Shown: positions 25,068-37,727 of the stretch, piece by piece | Numbering within the stretch: the first letter of the stretch is position 1 | How the letters are laid out: each line of letters begins with the position of its first letter | From: Takakia lepidozioides | Lineage: Eukaryota > Plantae > Bryophyta | Direction of reading: 5' to 3' | NCBI GenBank assembly: GCA_030704615.1 | Contig: CM060734.1 | Coordinates: 16,802,001-16,866,000 of the forward strand | Length of the DNA stretch: 64,000 nt | Notes under the pieces: model-generated | Databases searched by the model: none | The model's input: the letters and a program-made list of their open reading frames with translations, nothing else | What the model was told of the DNA's origin: nothing | Program-made: the position numbers and the translations under genes

Positions 25068-27335
25068 TGATAACAAGACAAGCATATAAGCAAGCATCTT
25101 GTGTTTTGAAAAAACATATTGTTGCAGTCTGTCACACCCTTTCTTGGCATCACAATTACAACAAGACATGCATAGAGCAAAACATCTTGGGTATGTGAAA
25201 CCAGCCTGCAATATTACAGATTCAAGACATGCCCTTCAAGCAAACATCTTGGGTATGACAAAATAATTAGCAGCAGCCTACCTTATCATGCATCAAGCAA
25301 GGCATAAGGACCAGTCTGCAATTTTTCAGAATCAAAACATGCCTCCAAGCAATCCTACTTGGGCATGATGAAATAGATTCCATACCATTTGTACTCACCC
25401 CGAGACATGTAATCATACAAGGTGTCAAGGGAATGTGAATTCAGCCTGTCAAATTGCAACTTCAAGACTTGTACACACAAGCAACTTGAACAACCGAGAT
25501 CCAGCCTCTTTGGCACATAAAAAACTCAGATTGCAGGTCATAGGCCTGATGTCATGACAAGGCCAAAACTATAGGTAGGATTCCATTAAAGCTTACCATC
25601 CTCATCCTTCAAGAGGTCCATGCTAAAGCTTGCGAAGAACACCTCACTATGATCCATCACACACCAGAAACAGGCCCAAAAAGGAGCAGGTCGGTGCCTT
25701 ATCAGGCTGCCACCATAACATTCAAGGCCACCACGTCCTTGGAGTCCCAAACCCGCCAAGGAAGCCCCCATAAAACCAGATCCTCTATGGCCCAAAGAAA
25801 TTACAACCTAGCTCATTAATCCACAGGCCCTGCTGTCAAGGATCAAAAGATATGGTATGGTCTATATGCAGGCCTCAGGAGACAGGCCAGACAGGTCGAG
25901 CCGCCCCATTGACGGCAGAACAACAAAAGCCAAAACATAAGCTGTAGCATGCCAAACCAAGAGCAGTCGGGTTGAATTCGGGGCTGCAGGCAGCAGCCAC
26001 TTCAAGGCGCGATAACTTACAGGTCTCCTCAGCCCATATCCCCAATTGCATGCTCAAGAAATTTCAAAGCAAGTGAGGATCCTCACCTGGTCCCATCACA
26101 AGCCCCCACAAAATCAACGGATTAGTGAGGATTGTGGAACCCTAGGTGAATCACAGATCCTCACACTTGTCATCGATGTCAACTAAGAATCTCAAAAGCA
26201 AGAGAAGAAGATAAGAACACAAAGATCCCTAAACTCCAAAGGCACCTTAAGCGATTGGGGAAGAGGGTTATGCACCATCACCACCCGCGGCAAGTCGCCT
26301 CCACAAAGCACATGAGCAATGAAGCAAAGCAGGCAAACTCGCAAGGCAATAGAAGGGAGGGAGAGAGACTTCCCAGCACAAATGCCATTGCTAAAATTAA
26401 AAGCCAGAGGAGGGAAGATGCCACTGCATTCACAACAGTGTTTCCCGCTGCTAGAGAGACAAGACGCCGCCTTCGCGCATCCCCAGGCGCTCGCCCAGCA
26501 CGGGTACAACACCACAAACGGGGCGGCCACCAAAGCACGTCCGCCATAACACTCTCCCTGCGAGCTCAGAAGCACATCTCGTGCTTCTGACAGTGGGAGA
26601 AACAGCATAGGGTTTTTTTGCCCGATTTTTCATCCGTGAAGGATGAAAAACAGTAAAAAAAACATCCTTCTACCTTGACGGATTTCATCCGTAGCAGAGT
26701 TAAAAATAGGTTTTAGGGTAGGGGTTAGGGTTTCACCCCGTAATTAATCATAATTAGGGGTAGTTAAGATCAATTCCAGGCCATAATCATCTGTACTCGT
26801 CAACCATAAACAGATCACTTGTCAGGATGAAAAGTAGGGAATATCATCCGTAGCAGCAGTTTACCTCCACCTAGGTAATTCATCATTCCTCACCAGACCA
26901 CCCGTATGGATAAAAAAGAGTCAATGAAAGAGGAATGAAAATCCTTGGTGACTCATCCGGTATGGATGAAAGTCAATAAAAGATGAATGAAAAAAACCAA
27001 AAAATCATCCTAACGGTGATTCAGTGTCCATCCTGGTGGCTCATCCGATATGGATGAAAAACCGATAGAGGATGGATGAAACTCTGTCAAAACTTCATCC
27101 GGTATGGGTGAAAAAACAAGAAATCAACACTGATAACAACCTGCCGGTTCCCAGGAGAGAGGGAGACAGAGGGAGAGAGGGGTCAACAATGAAAAAAAAT
27201 GGGTGGGGGGGGGAGCGACTGAGCAGCAGCTAGATAGGGCACTATCTCACATTTCCAGTCTTGTCAAATCATCCCAAAAGACACCACCCAATCATCCAAG
27301 ACAAAACATGGTGGGAGGGCGGGGTTTGTTCTTGT
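25068..27335. repeat. Unclassified repeat unit of about 2.4 kb, copy 2
   Basis: Colinear diverged homolog of 16230-18820; a partial third unit appears at about 27440-27500. Confidence 0.8.
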
Positions 27336-27699
27336 GTGGGACAAGATAAGATATTGTTGTCCTTGTGCAGGCTGCAAGGCCTCTTGGTTCAGCCTGTACA
27401 TATACCAGCAGCTTACCATTTCAGCCATTAATTATAGTAGGTCATGCATCAGCCAAGGCATAAGGACCAGCCTGCAGTTTGTCAGAATCTCAGTATGCCA
27501 CCAAACAATCTAACTTGAGCAAGATAGATTTTGTGATGGTGACCCCGACATCTTCGGCAATGTTGCTAGGCTGGTCAACAGTTCTTTTGGTCATCCTAGG
27601 AGAACCAATGTAGTATGGGACGAGCGAAGCGATGGGCATGAGAGCTTTTGTGGTCATACGTCGGTATACTGTGAGGGGATGCACATATTTGTGATGACA

Positions 27700-28608
27700 T
27701 GTGCTAGTAGGACTATTAGGGTTGGCAGCAAACTATTTGCATCATACGAGTTCTCTCGGGATGATTGGGACCTCCGATTACAGTGTGAGTGGGATGTGTA
27801 TGATAGAAACTGACAACAACAATGAGCACGGAATTAACCAGAAGGATCTCTTAATGCATCATGTGGGCGCTGATGCATCCCATGGAGAGGGAACTCGGCC
27901 AATCGATGATCCTGAAATGGCCCCCTCAAATGTCATGGAGAGGGAGGCGAGAACTCCCTTGTACGAAGGGGCGAAAGTGAGTCGACTTTCAACAATCTTA
28001 CTTTTGCTCAATCTTCAAATTTGATTTGGCATAAGTAATGTTGGGATGTCTGTATAATGCAAACTATTGCATATATCCTTGCTCCACACTTGAAACCCAA
28101 GGTGCCACGGTCGCGGAAAGAGGGGCGCGAAGTCTTGGACTCTATGGGGATGGGCTATAAGATTTTTCATGCATGTCCATGTGATAAAACCCTATACTAC
28201 GGAGAGCATTCGCGTCTCACCAAGTGCCCAAAATGCAAGAAAGACCGATATCGGGATGATGTCAAAAGGAAAAAAGTACCACGCAAGGTTTAAGCGTCAT
28301 TCCCCCTCGCATGGAAATTACTTTCTTTAATCTTCTATATTTCATCCTAGAAAATGATTACTTTCCGATCATCCCGCGATTGAGGGCACAGTACCGAAGC
28401 CCCGAATTGGCCAGACTCATGAGATGGCACGCCTCGCATCGGAGCCCCCCGGGAAAGGTGTGTGGGCCACAAGATTCATAAGCATGGAGGCATATTGAAG
28501 AGATATGGCCTTTTCTCTTGGAGGACCCACGACATGTCCACCTTGGCTTCTCCTCGGATGGGGTCAACCCATTCTCTGTCCAGTCATGTAGTCATTCCAC
28601 TTGGCCGA
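27700..28608 (+). pseudogene. CACTA Tnp2 transposase, N-terminal fragment (Transposase_21)
   Basis: TPLYEG; YKIFHACPCDKTLY..CPKCKKDRY..VPRK; intron 28288-28350; YFPIIPRL..MRWH..LGFSSDGVNPF..STWP. Confidence 0.9.
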
Positions 28609-28624
28609 ATGACCATGGAAACAT

Positions 28625-28792
28625 GACGGAGCTGTGTTTGCTTTCTTATAGTGTCAAGTCTGATCATGAGAGATGTCGAACAGGGCAAAGCTATGTTTGT
28701 TTTGTTTTAGTGCCGAGTCTGATCATGAGAGATGTCGAACAGGGCGAAGCTATGTTTGTTTTGTTTTAGTGTCGAGTCTGATCATGAGAGAC
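28625..28792. repeat. Roughly 58-bp tandem repeat, about 3 copies
   Basis: AGTCTGATCATGAGAGATGTCGAACAGGGC..GCTATGTTTGTTTTGTTTTAGTG repeated. Confidence 0.85.
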
Positions 28793-28826
28793 GATGAGCG
28801 GAGCTGGTGGGATAGGGGGCAGACAG

Positions 28827-28920
28827 GGACTCAAACCCTAGAATTGGGGCATGAAGATGTGGTGCACAATGTGGCCATCGACTACTATGGAAAGTGGCTG
28901 GCCACCTTCACGATGGACAA
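28827..28920 (+). pseudogene. SEC13: SEC13 N-terminal WD40 fragment
   Basis: TQTLELGHEDVVHNVAIDYYGKWLAT matches the Sec13 N-terminus (GHxDxxHDxxxDYYGKRLAT). Confidence 0.75.
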
Positions 28921-29629
28921 CCGCAATCGCAAGGTGTGGCTTTTTCTCAATGTACGATGTAAAGAAGTTTGTCCATCCTGCAAATGTGGGCTCTTGGCGA
29001 CTGTTAGTACCATGATTTGGTATTCTTCCTGCTGTTTACAAGGTTCTTCGGAGAGTCAGTTTGGTCTTAGCAGGTCGTGTTTCAATCTCTGCTCGCTCAG
29101 CTGCACTATGGTGGTTCTCATGGACCAATTCGACATTACCAGACTACAGACACAAGCAGCACACACAAGAGGTCCGTTTGGGTTCATGGTCAGTCAAATC
29201 CTCCATGGGTCATGACACAAGGTCGAGGACAATGTGGTGAGGGCACCTTCTTCTTCGACCTATTTCAACCTGTTTTGCCCTCTCATCATACTTGGCCCTG
29301 AATTCGCAGCACAAAGCAGAGCTGGCATGAGTTTTTAAAGATCCTTCACGATGGTGCGACAACTTTCTTAATGTACAATATGAAGAAGTTTGTCCATCTT
29401 GCATTTGTCTCTTCTAGGCTAGGCTCGCAGTTCCTCAAGAGTGGCAACCCTTAGTTCATTCTGGAACACTTGGTTCAGCTTCTAGGTGAAGGGTTTCTCT
29501 TCTTTTAATCTTCAGTTTTCTGGATGGTTCCACATGAAGATATGCTCTTCTTGTCATATATTTTAGCGATAGGTGTTTCCCAGCCATGGCTCGGAGCTTG
29601 CTATTAGTCAGTGAGCCATGGTATGTGGG

Positions 29630-29957
29630 CAGAAGTTTGTTTGCCGCAGCCTTGTGGCCATAGACCCCGCAGCCAGTTTGGACAGAAACATAGAGAGAGG
29701 ATGTACTCCCGTTCCCTGTGAAAGTTGGCATTCCATCGCTGGACCGCCATTAATCCCCTGGGACTAACCCTCCCTGACTCTTTTTTGGGGTTCACACTCA
29801 CCCGGGTTTAGCTTATCACTGCAACTCAGCTACAGGTATAAACTTATTTTCCCGCAATTGCCATTAAGGCACTCACATATGCACTTTTCTGCTTGCAAAC
29901 TCGACAGCCCGGTTGTAGGGTTATTGATTTTAATTTTATAGCTCTAGAGAGAGAGAT
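29630..29957 (-). mobile_element. Short LINE-derived/SINE-like elements with GAGTACA+(TC)n end
   Basis: 29859-29956 repeats 32318-32417; 29692-29810 is homologous to 58965-59080; 29635-29690 matches the LINE 3' end at 32430-32485. Confidence 0.65.
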
Positions 29958-30244
29958 ACTTTTGTCATGTCAAGACAAGGACAAGACCACTAGGGTCTTT
30001 GTCAAAAAAGAAAGTGACATATCAGCCACTTTGCAGTGGCACTATCCATCAAAACCTAATGAAAGCAACCAGAATTATATTCAGACACCAGCAGGTGTAC
30101 GTTAGCATTTCTCAGAAACCATAGAGTAAAGTAACAACAAGATTCAACATTTGTAAGGGTGTAGGTCAACACGAGACCTTAAGAATCCAGTGGAATATCA
30201 AGACTTCGTGTAAGCCCTTGCATATATTTTATCAAGGTATGGGT

Positions 30245-31570
30245 GGGATGGTGGGTTCTCATCCACTCCCTGCCCTCATACGTTTGAACGTGTATTTACA
30301 AGCAGCATACGGTTTATTAAGGCAGCTTTCTACAACCAAGTGTTGCAGGTATATCCCTCAGCTGGTTTCAGCATAAGGGAATACCTCTTGGGATCCCTGT
30401 ATTCTTAGTCAAACCAGTTGGGTGTCATACTGTTTTTTATACCTCTAAACAATTCAAGCATCATGGATTGATGATTGATGTATTCATACTGTCTAATAAA
30501 TACAGTGGACCATAGCAAAATTGCAACATCATAAATTGTAACATCAGTTGTGTACACACTGATGTGAAACATAATTCTTTTTTAACCATATGACTGTGTT
30601 GATGAAATCATCATAAACACATGAGCTCTACTTCTACAAAAGAATAGAAGGAAGAGAGCTAGGGTACCTCAGATCTGCAGCACCTGAATGCCAGCAATAT
30701 TTTATACTGATGTACAATGCAGTTTGGAAAAAGTTATGCCGAAAGTTCTCAAATAGGGCAAACCAATACTGTTAAGTAGTTCCAGTTTGTCCCTGAGACC
30801 CTTAATAATGCTGTAGATGCAAATAAAAACATATGTCACAGCAAAACAGATATGTACTCCACATTATGAAAAAGATCACCGTCATAGATGGGCTGGTGGG
30901 TTCTCAACCCCCCTTGCCCTTATACATTTGATTTACAAGTAGCATTCAATTTAATGCAGTTTTCTACGACCCTGTGTTGCAGGTATACCTTCTCAGCTGG
31001 TTTCAATATGAGGGATTACCTCTTGGGATCCATGTATTTTTAGTCAAACCACATGGGTATCAGACTGGTTTTGATATCTCTGAACAATTCAAGCATCATG
31101 GATTGATGATTGAAGTAATCAGACTGGCTGAAAAATACAGTGGACCATAGCCAATTAACAACAACAGATTTGTATCATCAGTTGTGTACACACTGATGTC
31201 AACCATAATTCTTTTTAACCATATGACTGTGTTAATGAGGTCACCATAAACACAGAAGCTGCACTTCTATAAAAGAATAGAAGGAGAGGAGTTAGGGTAC
31301 CTCAGATTTGCAGAACCTGAATGCCGGCAAGAGCTTAGACTGGTGTATAATGCAGTTTAGAAAAGAGGTAAGCATCAAGTATTGATGCTTAGTTTTCCAT
31401 GTCTGATATGTACCTTAGGCTGTAGCAGCAGTTAATGGTTTGGAAAGAAGCTATGTAGAAAATTCTCAAACAGGGCCAAACAGTATTGTTAATAAATTCC
31501 AATTTGTCCCAGAGACCCTTAAAACTGCTGCAGATGCAAATAAATACACATGATACAACATACCAGACAT
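30245..31570. repeat. Diverged tandem duplication of about 645 bp, intron-like AT-rich DNA
   Basis: Colinear motifs TGGTGGGTTCTC, TGTTGCAGGTATA, CTCTTGGGATCC, GGGTACCTCAGAT and GATGCAAATAAA each occur twice. Confidence 0.8.
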
Positions 31571-32417
31571 TTACTCCTCATCAGAAAAAAATCACCTTCA
31601 TACTACTTGGGTACATCAAAGAGTACCATAACCACTCATGCTAGTGTCATTCTGCACTGGCATCAGAGTGACTATAAATGGTTGAGGTATCAGGTACTGA
31701 TGCCCCTGTTGTTCATATAGTCAATTTCAAACCAGCCCCTGGCATACTTTACCAGCATTGAAAAACCCATACAGGGGTCTTGGTTATGCAAATATATCCA
31801 GGTGGTTTGGCATCAAAATCTGCATTAGATGCTAAGCCATGAAAGGGGATTTAAAAAAAAAAACAATGGTACCCAAAGAGCTGCAGCACAAATACTTATG
31901 CAGCACTGATATGAATCATATCAGTATTGACATGTATTATACCAGTATCATATCAGTATATGGTATCATATGTAAACCTGGGGGCAGAACACACAAAGGT
32001 GTGGACACTGATGTGTGTGTCCCACACACAGTATAACCTTAATTGTCAAAGCAAAACTTTGGTCTTAAGCATTCCCTGTTTTGGCAGTGATTAACTAAGT
32101 CGTAAGGCCCTATATTGTTCACAAAAGTAGAGAAATCCAGAAGAGAATTGGAAAAACCCTTAGAGTAGGTGGTTTTCCACAGTCATTGATGAAACCACAG
32201 TCGGCTGATAAATTCATTCCCTTGAAAGCTTCATGGTATCCTGCAAAACTTGGAAGTCATCATGCAAAGTGGCTGCCCTCACCTGCGCCCGTCCCAAAAA
32301 CCACCACAAAAAAAGTTGCCGTTAAGGCACTCACATAGGCACTTTTCCGCTTGCAAACTCGACAGCCCGGTTGTAGGGTTATTGATTTTAATTTTATAGC
32401 TCTAGAGAGAGAGAGAG

Positions 32418-34600
32418 TGTACTCATAAGACGTTGTTTGCCGTAGCCTTGTGGCCATTGACCCTGCGCCCAGTTTGAGCGGAAACCAAAGGGACAGAACC
32501 CACCTCCGTCAGGGGCTGACATTGGTAGTAAGACTTACCTTTATAAATAGAATTAATTCGGGTTTTCCAGATATCCTCTAGAAATCCCTTCACACAAGCA
32601 TCAATCTGCTGTGTGTGATTTGCCCAAAAACTAGGCCTCAGAAGAGCCTGGGCTTTTGGCTCAGCCTCGAGACTTTCAAAGTTGGTAAACAGAGGTACAG
32701 GCACAATTCTCTTGATAGATAGGAAGAGAGCTTCTCTCTGGTGAGAGTACCCCGGACAGTGAATCAGTAAATGAATATTGTCTTCGGGTTGCCCACACAA
32801 CGGGCAATTGCACTCTCCCTTTCCTCTCTGCTTCTGTTTACTGTTCAAAGGTAGGATTCCTGCCCTAAGTTTAAATTTCAGTCTGGTGCCGAGAGTGGGT
32901 AGACCCTTGGTCATCCATGATATCCTCCCCCATGTCACAGACTGGAAACAGGTTCAGGGAAGTTTTCTGCCTAACTTCATTTGCATCAGACAATTTGCTG
33001 GTAACAGACATGGCTTTGGACACTACAGTCTCTAAGTCAGATTTATCCAGCAAGGTCAAGACTTGCGGGTCCAGATTCAGATCCTTGAGAATCTCTTCTA
33101 CTCTCTTCTGCCGGGACTTAGCCTGTTTGACAGGGCGGTCCTGTTTCCAAGTCGATTAACTTAGGGTATTTGGTGTTGGACATGTGTTGCAACTGACCCC
33201 ACCATCTGACCTTGAATTCATCTCGTCGGGAGCTTAAGGAAGGGATGCCAAACTCACCCCGAACAGCCAGATTGGCTGTTTTGGAGCATGCTGACATGCA
33301 CTCCTTAAGCACCCCCACTTGAATGGATTCTAGAGACTTAGCCTGGTTGGAGTTATCAACCCATTAGCAGATCCGTACTCCAAGGCAGGTCTAATAACGC
33401 GGCAAAATAAGGTTTTCTTGACCTCAGAGTTAATCCCTCTACAGTGAAAAAATTTAGTGAGACTCAACGCTTTGCCCTTGCCAGTTTGAACAACTTTCTG
33501 GATGTGTGCATCCCAGTTTCAGTTGGAGGAAAACTCAATGCCCAGGTGTGTGTAGGAAGGGAGGATTGGGATCTCTTGGCTACCCCACTTGCACTTAAGA
33601 TCACTTCCTCCCTCTCCTCTGTCGTTGAATGCCACCATTGCACATTTACTGACATTAGCCTCTAGCCCCCAAAGATCAAAGTATCTCTTCGCGTAATCAA
33701 TCAATTCCTGGAGGTTGGAAGGAGTCTCCCATATGCCTGCGAAGTCATCCGCAAACATGAGGGCTGGAATGGTGGCATCACCCACCCTTAACCCAAATCC
33801 CTCACGTTCCACATCCTCGAGGAGTTGATTGATGAAAACATTGAAGAGCAGAGGGGAGAGCGTACATCCTTGAGCTACACCTTGGTCTATGTCAAAGAAG
33901 TTAGACTTCTGTCCATTAACAGTGACATAACTTTTGGTGTGGGCATACAAGTTATGGACAACTCTCCACATTTTTCCCTTGATTCCGCAAGACCAGAGGC
34001 AGAGCCATAGACCATCTCTCCACACTGTGTCATAAGCCTTTTTGACATCCAAGAAAAAAACATAAGTGGGTTTCCCTTCTTTTTTCCTTCCCTGGATAAT
34101 CTGGCTTAGAGTGAAGATATGGTCCACACAGCCCCTGTTTTGCCGAAAGCCAGCTTGGCCTTTGTGAAAACAACCTCTAGATTTCAGATCGACCTCGAGA
34201 CGAGTACTTATAACTCTGCAAAATATCTTGCCAACAGCATTGAGGAGCGTGATGCCACGATAGTTCTCCGGGTCTTCTCTGTTGCCCTTCTTATATAGAT
34301 TGACAATGACCCCCTGTCGCCAGCGAAAGGGGATCATTTCAGTCTTCCAGATAAGGTTAAAGAGGAGAACTAGAGCCTCTATCATGGGATCGCCACCGTG
34401 CTTGATAAGCTCGTTGACTATGCCATCAGGACCACCTGCTTTATATCCATTTAGATGTTCAATTGCTTCCACAGTCTCAGAAGAACTAATGGGAACATTG
34501 TAGGCTTTTGAAATATATAGTTCATCATGGTTGTTTTGAATCATAGAACAATTTTACCAACTGTGTCCTTCCATTCATCAGAGGACCCCTCACTGTTAGA
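32418..34600 (-). mobile_element. 5'-truncated LINE (RTE/RTEX-like): RT plus C-terminal CCHC finger
   Basis: YKKG..NYRGITLL, QAGFR, FLDVKKAYDTV, QGCTLSPLLF, MFADD; CPLC..H..C; flanked on both sides by CTAGAGAGAGAGAGAG (32402-32417, 34602-34617). Confidence 0.9.
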
Positions 34601-34602
34601 CC

Positions 34603-34603
<1 letters not shown>

Positions 34604-34665
<62 letters not shown>
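34604..34665. repeat. (GA)n microsatellite, about 30 units
   Basis: Perfect dinucleotide run. Confidence 0.98.
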
Positions 34666-34672
<7 letters not shown>

Positions 34673-34902
34673 TGGAACAGGGGATAATTAAGGTTGGCAA
34701 GGAAGTTAAAGTGGTTGGACTTCGCACGGTAACAATCTTCCTTGCACAGAAACCCTAAGGAATCACTTTCCTTCCTTCGGCAATGTCAGTACAGGATTTT
34801 CTGTGTGATTCACTTCCTTGCCTGATTTGACTGCAGGGAGCTAATCTAAAAACAACAGTGACTGGTGTTGAGATGTTCAAGAAGCAACTCGATCAGGGTC
34901 AG
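34666..34902 (+). pseudogene. TUFM: Nuclear-encoded organellar (probably mitochondrial) EF-Tu fragment, two exons
   Basis: GRVEQGIIKVGKEVKVVGLRT, intron 34729-34836 (GT..CTGCAG), GANLKTTVTGVEMFKKQLDQGQ, then a GT donor at 34903; rest of the gene not seen. Confidence 0.85.
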
Positions 34903-35514
34903 GTATTTACTTGTCTTCTTTCAGATGTTGGAAGCATGATCTTAATATTCCACATGGATCTCATGTACTCCTCATGTAATGTAGCTTTAATAACCTGGGC
35001 CCATATGCATATTGAATTCCATAAGTTAGCTCGTTGCTCGTTGATAAGTAGGGTTGGGGGTGTTTGCTGGAACAATTCTAGGCTGTCATTGTCAGCTGCT
35101 AGCAAGAAGGCAAAGATGTATGCATGATTTTGTGCAAAGGCATAGATAGCTGAAGGAGCAGGGATAGAGTGTGAGTCCAAATTCATGCAAGAGGGCCGGA
35201 TTCCAAGCTCCACATTACCTATGATTCCCCGTGGAAGGATAGATACAAGAAACCTGCATGGGTAGATGGTCAACCGGAAGCCGCAGAAGCAACGGCACAA
35301 TTCATAAAATCAGGCACTGCTAATGAAGGCACCTTCTTCAACACATTTCACCCTGTTTGCCCCTCTTATCAGAATCGGCCCTAAATTTTCATGTTGAATT
35401 CTGCAAATTAGCTGTTGAGTGAATCTAGTTTGGAATGACTTTGACACGATACTGCCAATGTGATAAGGATATGCATTGAACTCATTGGTAGCGGGATATT
35501 GGGATAACTCTTGG

Positions 35515-35790
35515 CCATGTGCCATCCTCAAAGCTGAAATTGTATTAGTTGTCATTCTGAACACTGCCCTGGTGGACATGTATGCCAAATGTGGGTGCAG
35601 CAAGCCTGATGCGAAGGGAGAGTTCGACAACATGCCTAATTGAGATGTGGTGTTGTGGAGTGCCATGATTGCAGGGTATGTGCAGCATGGGTGTGGGATT
35701 AAGGCTTTGGAAACCTAAGAGCAAATGATGTGGGAAAGGATGAAGCCAGACCAGGTCATGTTCATTTGTGTTTGTAATATGCATATGCGA
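35515..35790 (+). pseudogene. PPR motif fragment
   Basis: VILNTALVDMYAKCGCS..DVVLWSAMIAGYVQHG..MKPDQVMF with stops. Confidence 0.85.
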
Positions 35791-35882
35791 GCCTAGAACT
35801 TGCATGGAGGTGGAACCATCCAAGGCCGGTTACTAGACGCCGTCGACGAGGAGCGGGCCGCCGGAATGTTCCTTCACAAGAT

Positions 35883-36752
35883 TTGCCCATGGAATTGCAG
35901 CCTCTAAGTTCATTCCAACAGTGGCTCAAGACTTTAGTTTATGACGTTGTTTCTCAAGGTGAGGTGGTTTCAGATATGGTGCAAGACCTTGCAAGGGGCC
36001 CCTCTCAATTCGCGACCTCATACATGGCGGTTTGGGATCACGGTCGTCATTTCCGCATTCGTATTCTTGACATGAAGTGCAAAACAACGTTTGATTCTGG
36101 CTTGTGTGCCACATATTGGCAAGACTCCGTGTGGGGCAAGGGAGATACACAACCTGCTGTGAGCAAACTTGAGTACATTGGAGAGCTTGAGAGCATATTC
36201 CAACTTCAGTATACAAGGTACCGGCCTGTTCTCTTCAAGGGAAGGTGGTTCCAACCACATCTTGTGGGGCCCTCCGCAACACTAGTGCGAGATGATTGTG
36301 GTTTCATGCGCGTCAATGCATATAGGCTCAACCCTACTCATCGTCCCTCCGATGAGCCTTTTGCATTTACTTCAGACATGGAGCAAGTTTTCTTCTCCGA
36401 TGACAAAACAAGAGGGGGAAATTGGAAGGTGGTTGTGCATGCTCAGCCAAGAGGAAGACGTATCTATCATGGTCTCAAATCTCTACGGGGTGAGGCAATT
36501 ACGGTGGAGGGACGGACTGGTCATAATGATGTTGATGATGGAGGTTGGGTAGAGGGGGTAGAAGATGATGATGACGCCCCGGAGAATGCATCCCGGACCC
36601 TATATGATGAAGCTCCAGAAGATACGGATGTTGGACAAGGAGATGAAGACATGGCCATTGACAACGAGGTGGAGGATGAGTCGGAGGTGCCTTTTGAGGG
36701 CCGGGCCATTTATGACGATGACTCCAATGACCAAGAAGACTTTGTAGAATAA
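35883..36752 (+). pseudogene. CACTA transposase C-terminal fragment (DUF4216-like) with acidic tail
   Basis: YIGELESIFQLQY..VLFKGRWF..DEPFAF..EQVFFSDD..WKVVV. Confidence 0.85.
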
Positions 36753-37205
36753 AACTATAATCAACCCTAAAGAAAATGATCAATCAGTCTAGAATTCGTT
36801 CGCTGGGGAAAGCACTATACGACTGTAACATAATGATGCCCTGCTACTCTATTTCTCTTCATTCTTCCCACTTAGGACGTTCTACCATTACTTATCTCAA
36901 TCTATAGCAACTAAGACGCTACCAGTTTCAATGATATTTCCTCCATTCTCTATCAATTCTATCCCATTGTATGAGATCAAATACCATTGCTCATCTACTA
37001 CCCTTCTCCAGTAATCTATTTGATACAAGGTCAATAACTCTCGATACCATCCTTTATTCAACAACCATAAATTGATTATCTCTCTGTCACTACATTGCAG
37101 TCTTTTAAAAATATCTAACGACAGACTATTAGGCAGTCCAGTAATTAACTCTACAGGACACGCTATCCATTCTCCTTCACGCATTACTATCAATCACTCT
37201 TTATT

Positions 37206-37727
37206 ACCAATCCTGTTTCCTCAGTTGCTTTGGGGATTTTTCCCTCAACGTTGTTATCTACCATGCAAATGATTTTCACTTCGCTGTTATGCATCTTCCA
37301 TTAATCCAATTGAAGACTCTCTCTATCTTCATTTCCTTAATCTGCTCCCTCATGAACTCTGGGTATCCATCTATCGATATTTCTCTTGGTAGACCAGGAA
37401 CCAATTCTCACACCGAATTCTTATCTTCTCCATTTGTGCACATTTTCACTATCTCACATAATTATCACCAATCCTGTTTCCTCAGTTGCTTTGGGGATTT
37501 TCCCCTCAACGTTGTTCTCTGCCATGCAAATGATTTTCACTTCGCTGTTATGCATCTTCCATTAATCCAATTGAAGACTCTCTCTATCTTCATTTCCTTA
37601 ATCTGCTCCCTCATGAACTCTGGATATCCATCTTTTGATGTTTCTCTTGGTAGACCAGGAACCAATTCTCACACCGAATTCTTATCTTCTCCATTTGTGC
37701 ACATTTTCACTATCTCACATAATTATG
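37206..37727. repeat. Near-perfect 261-bp tandem duplication
   Basis: ACCAATCCTGTTTCCTCAGTTGC starts at 37206 and 37467; ORF 37289-37747 repeats the same peptide. Confidence 0.9.

Noticed and set aside
34666-34902. Bacterial contamination or horizontal transfer of tuf (likewise pyrH at 57894-58650)
   Set aside because: Both fragments contain spliceosomal GT-AG introns, as expected for nuclear genes of organellar proteins.
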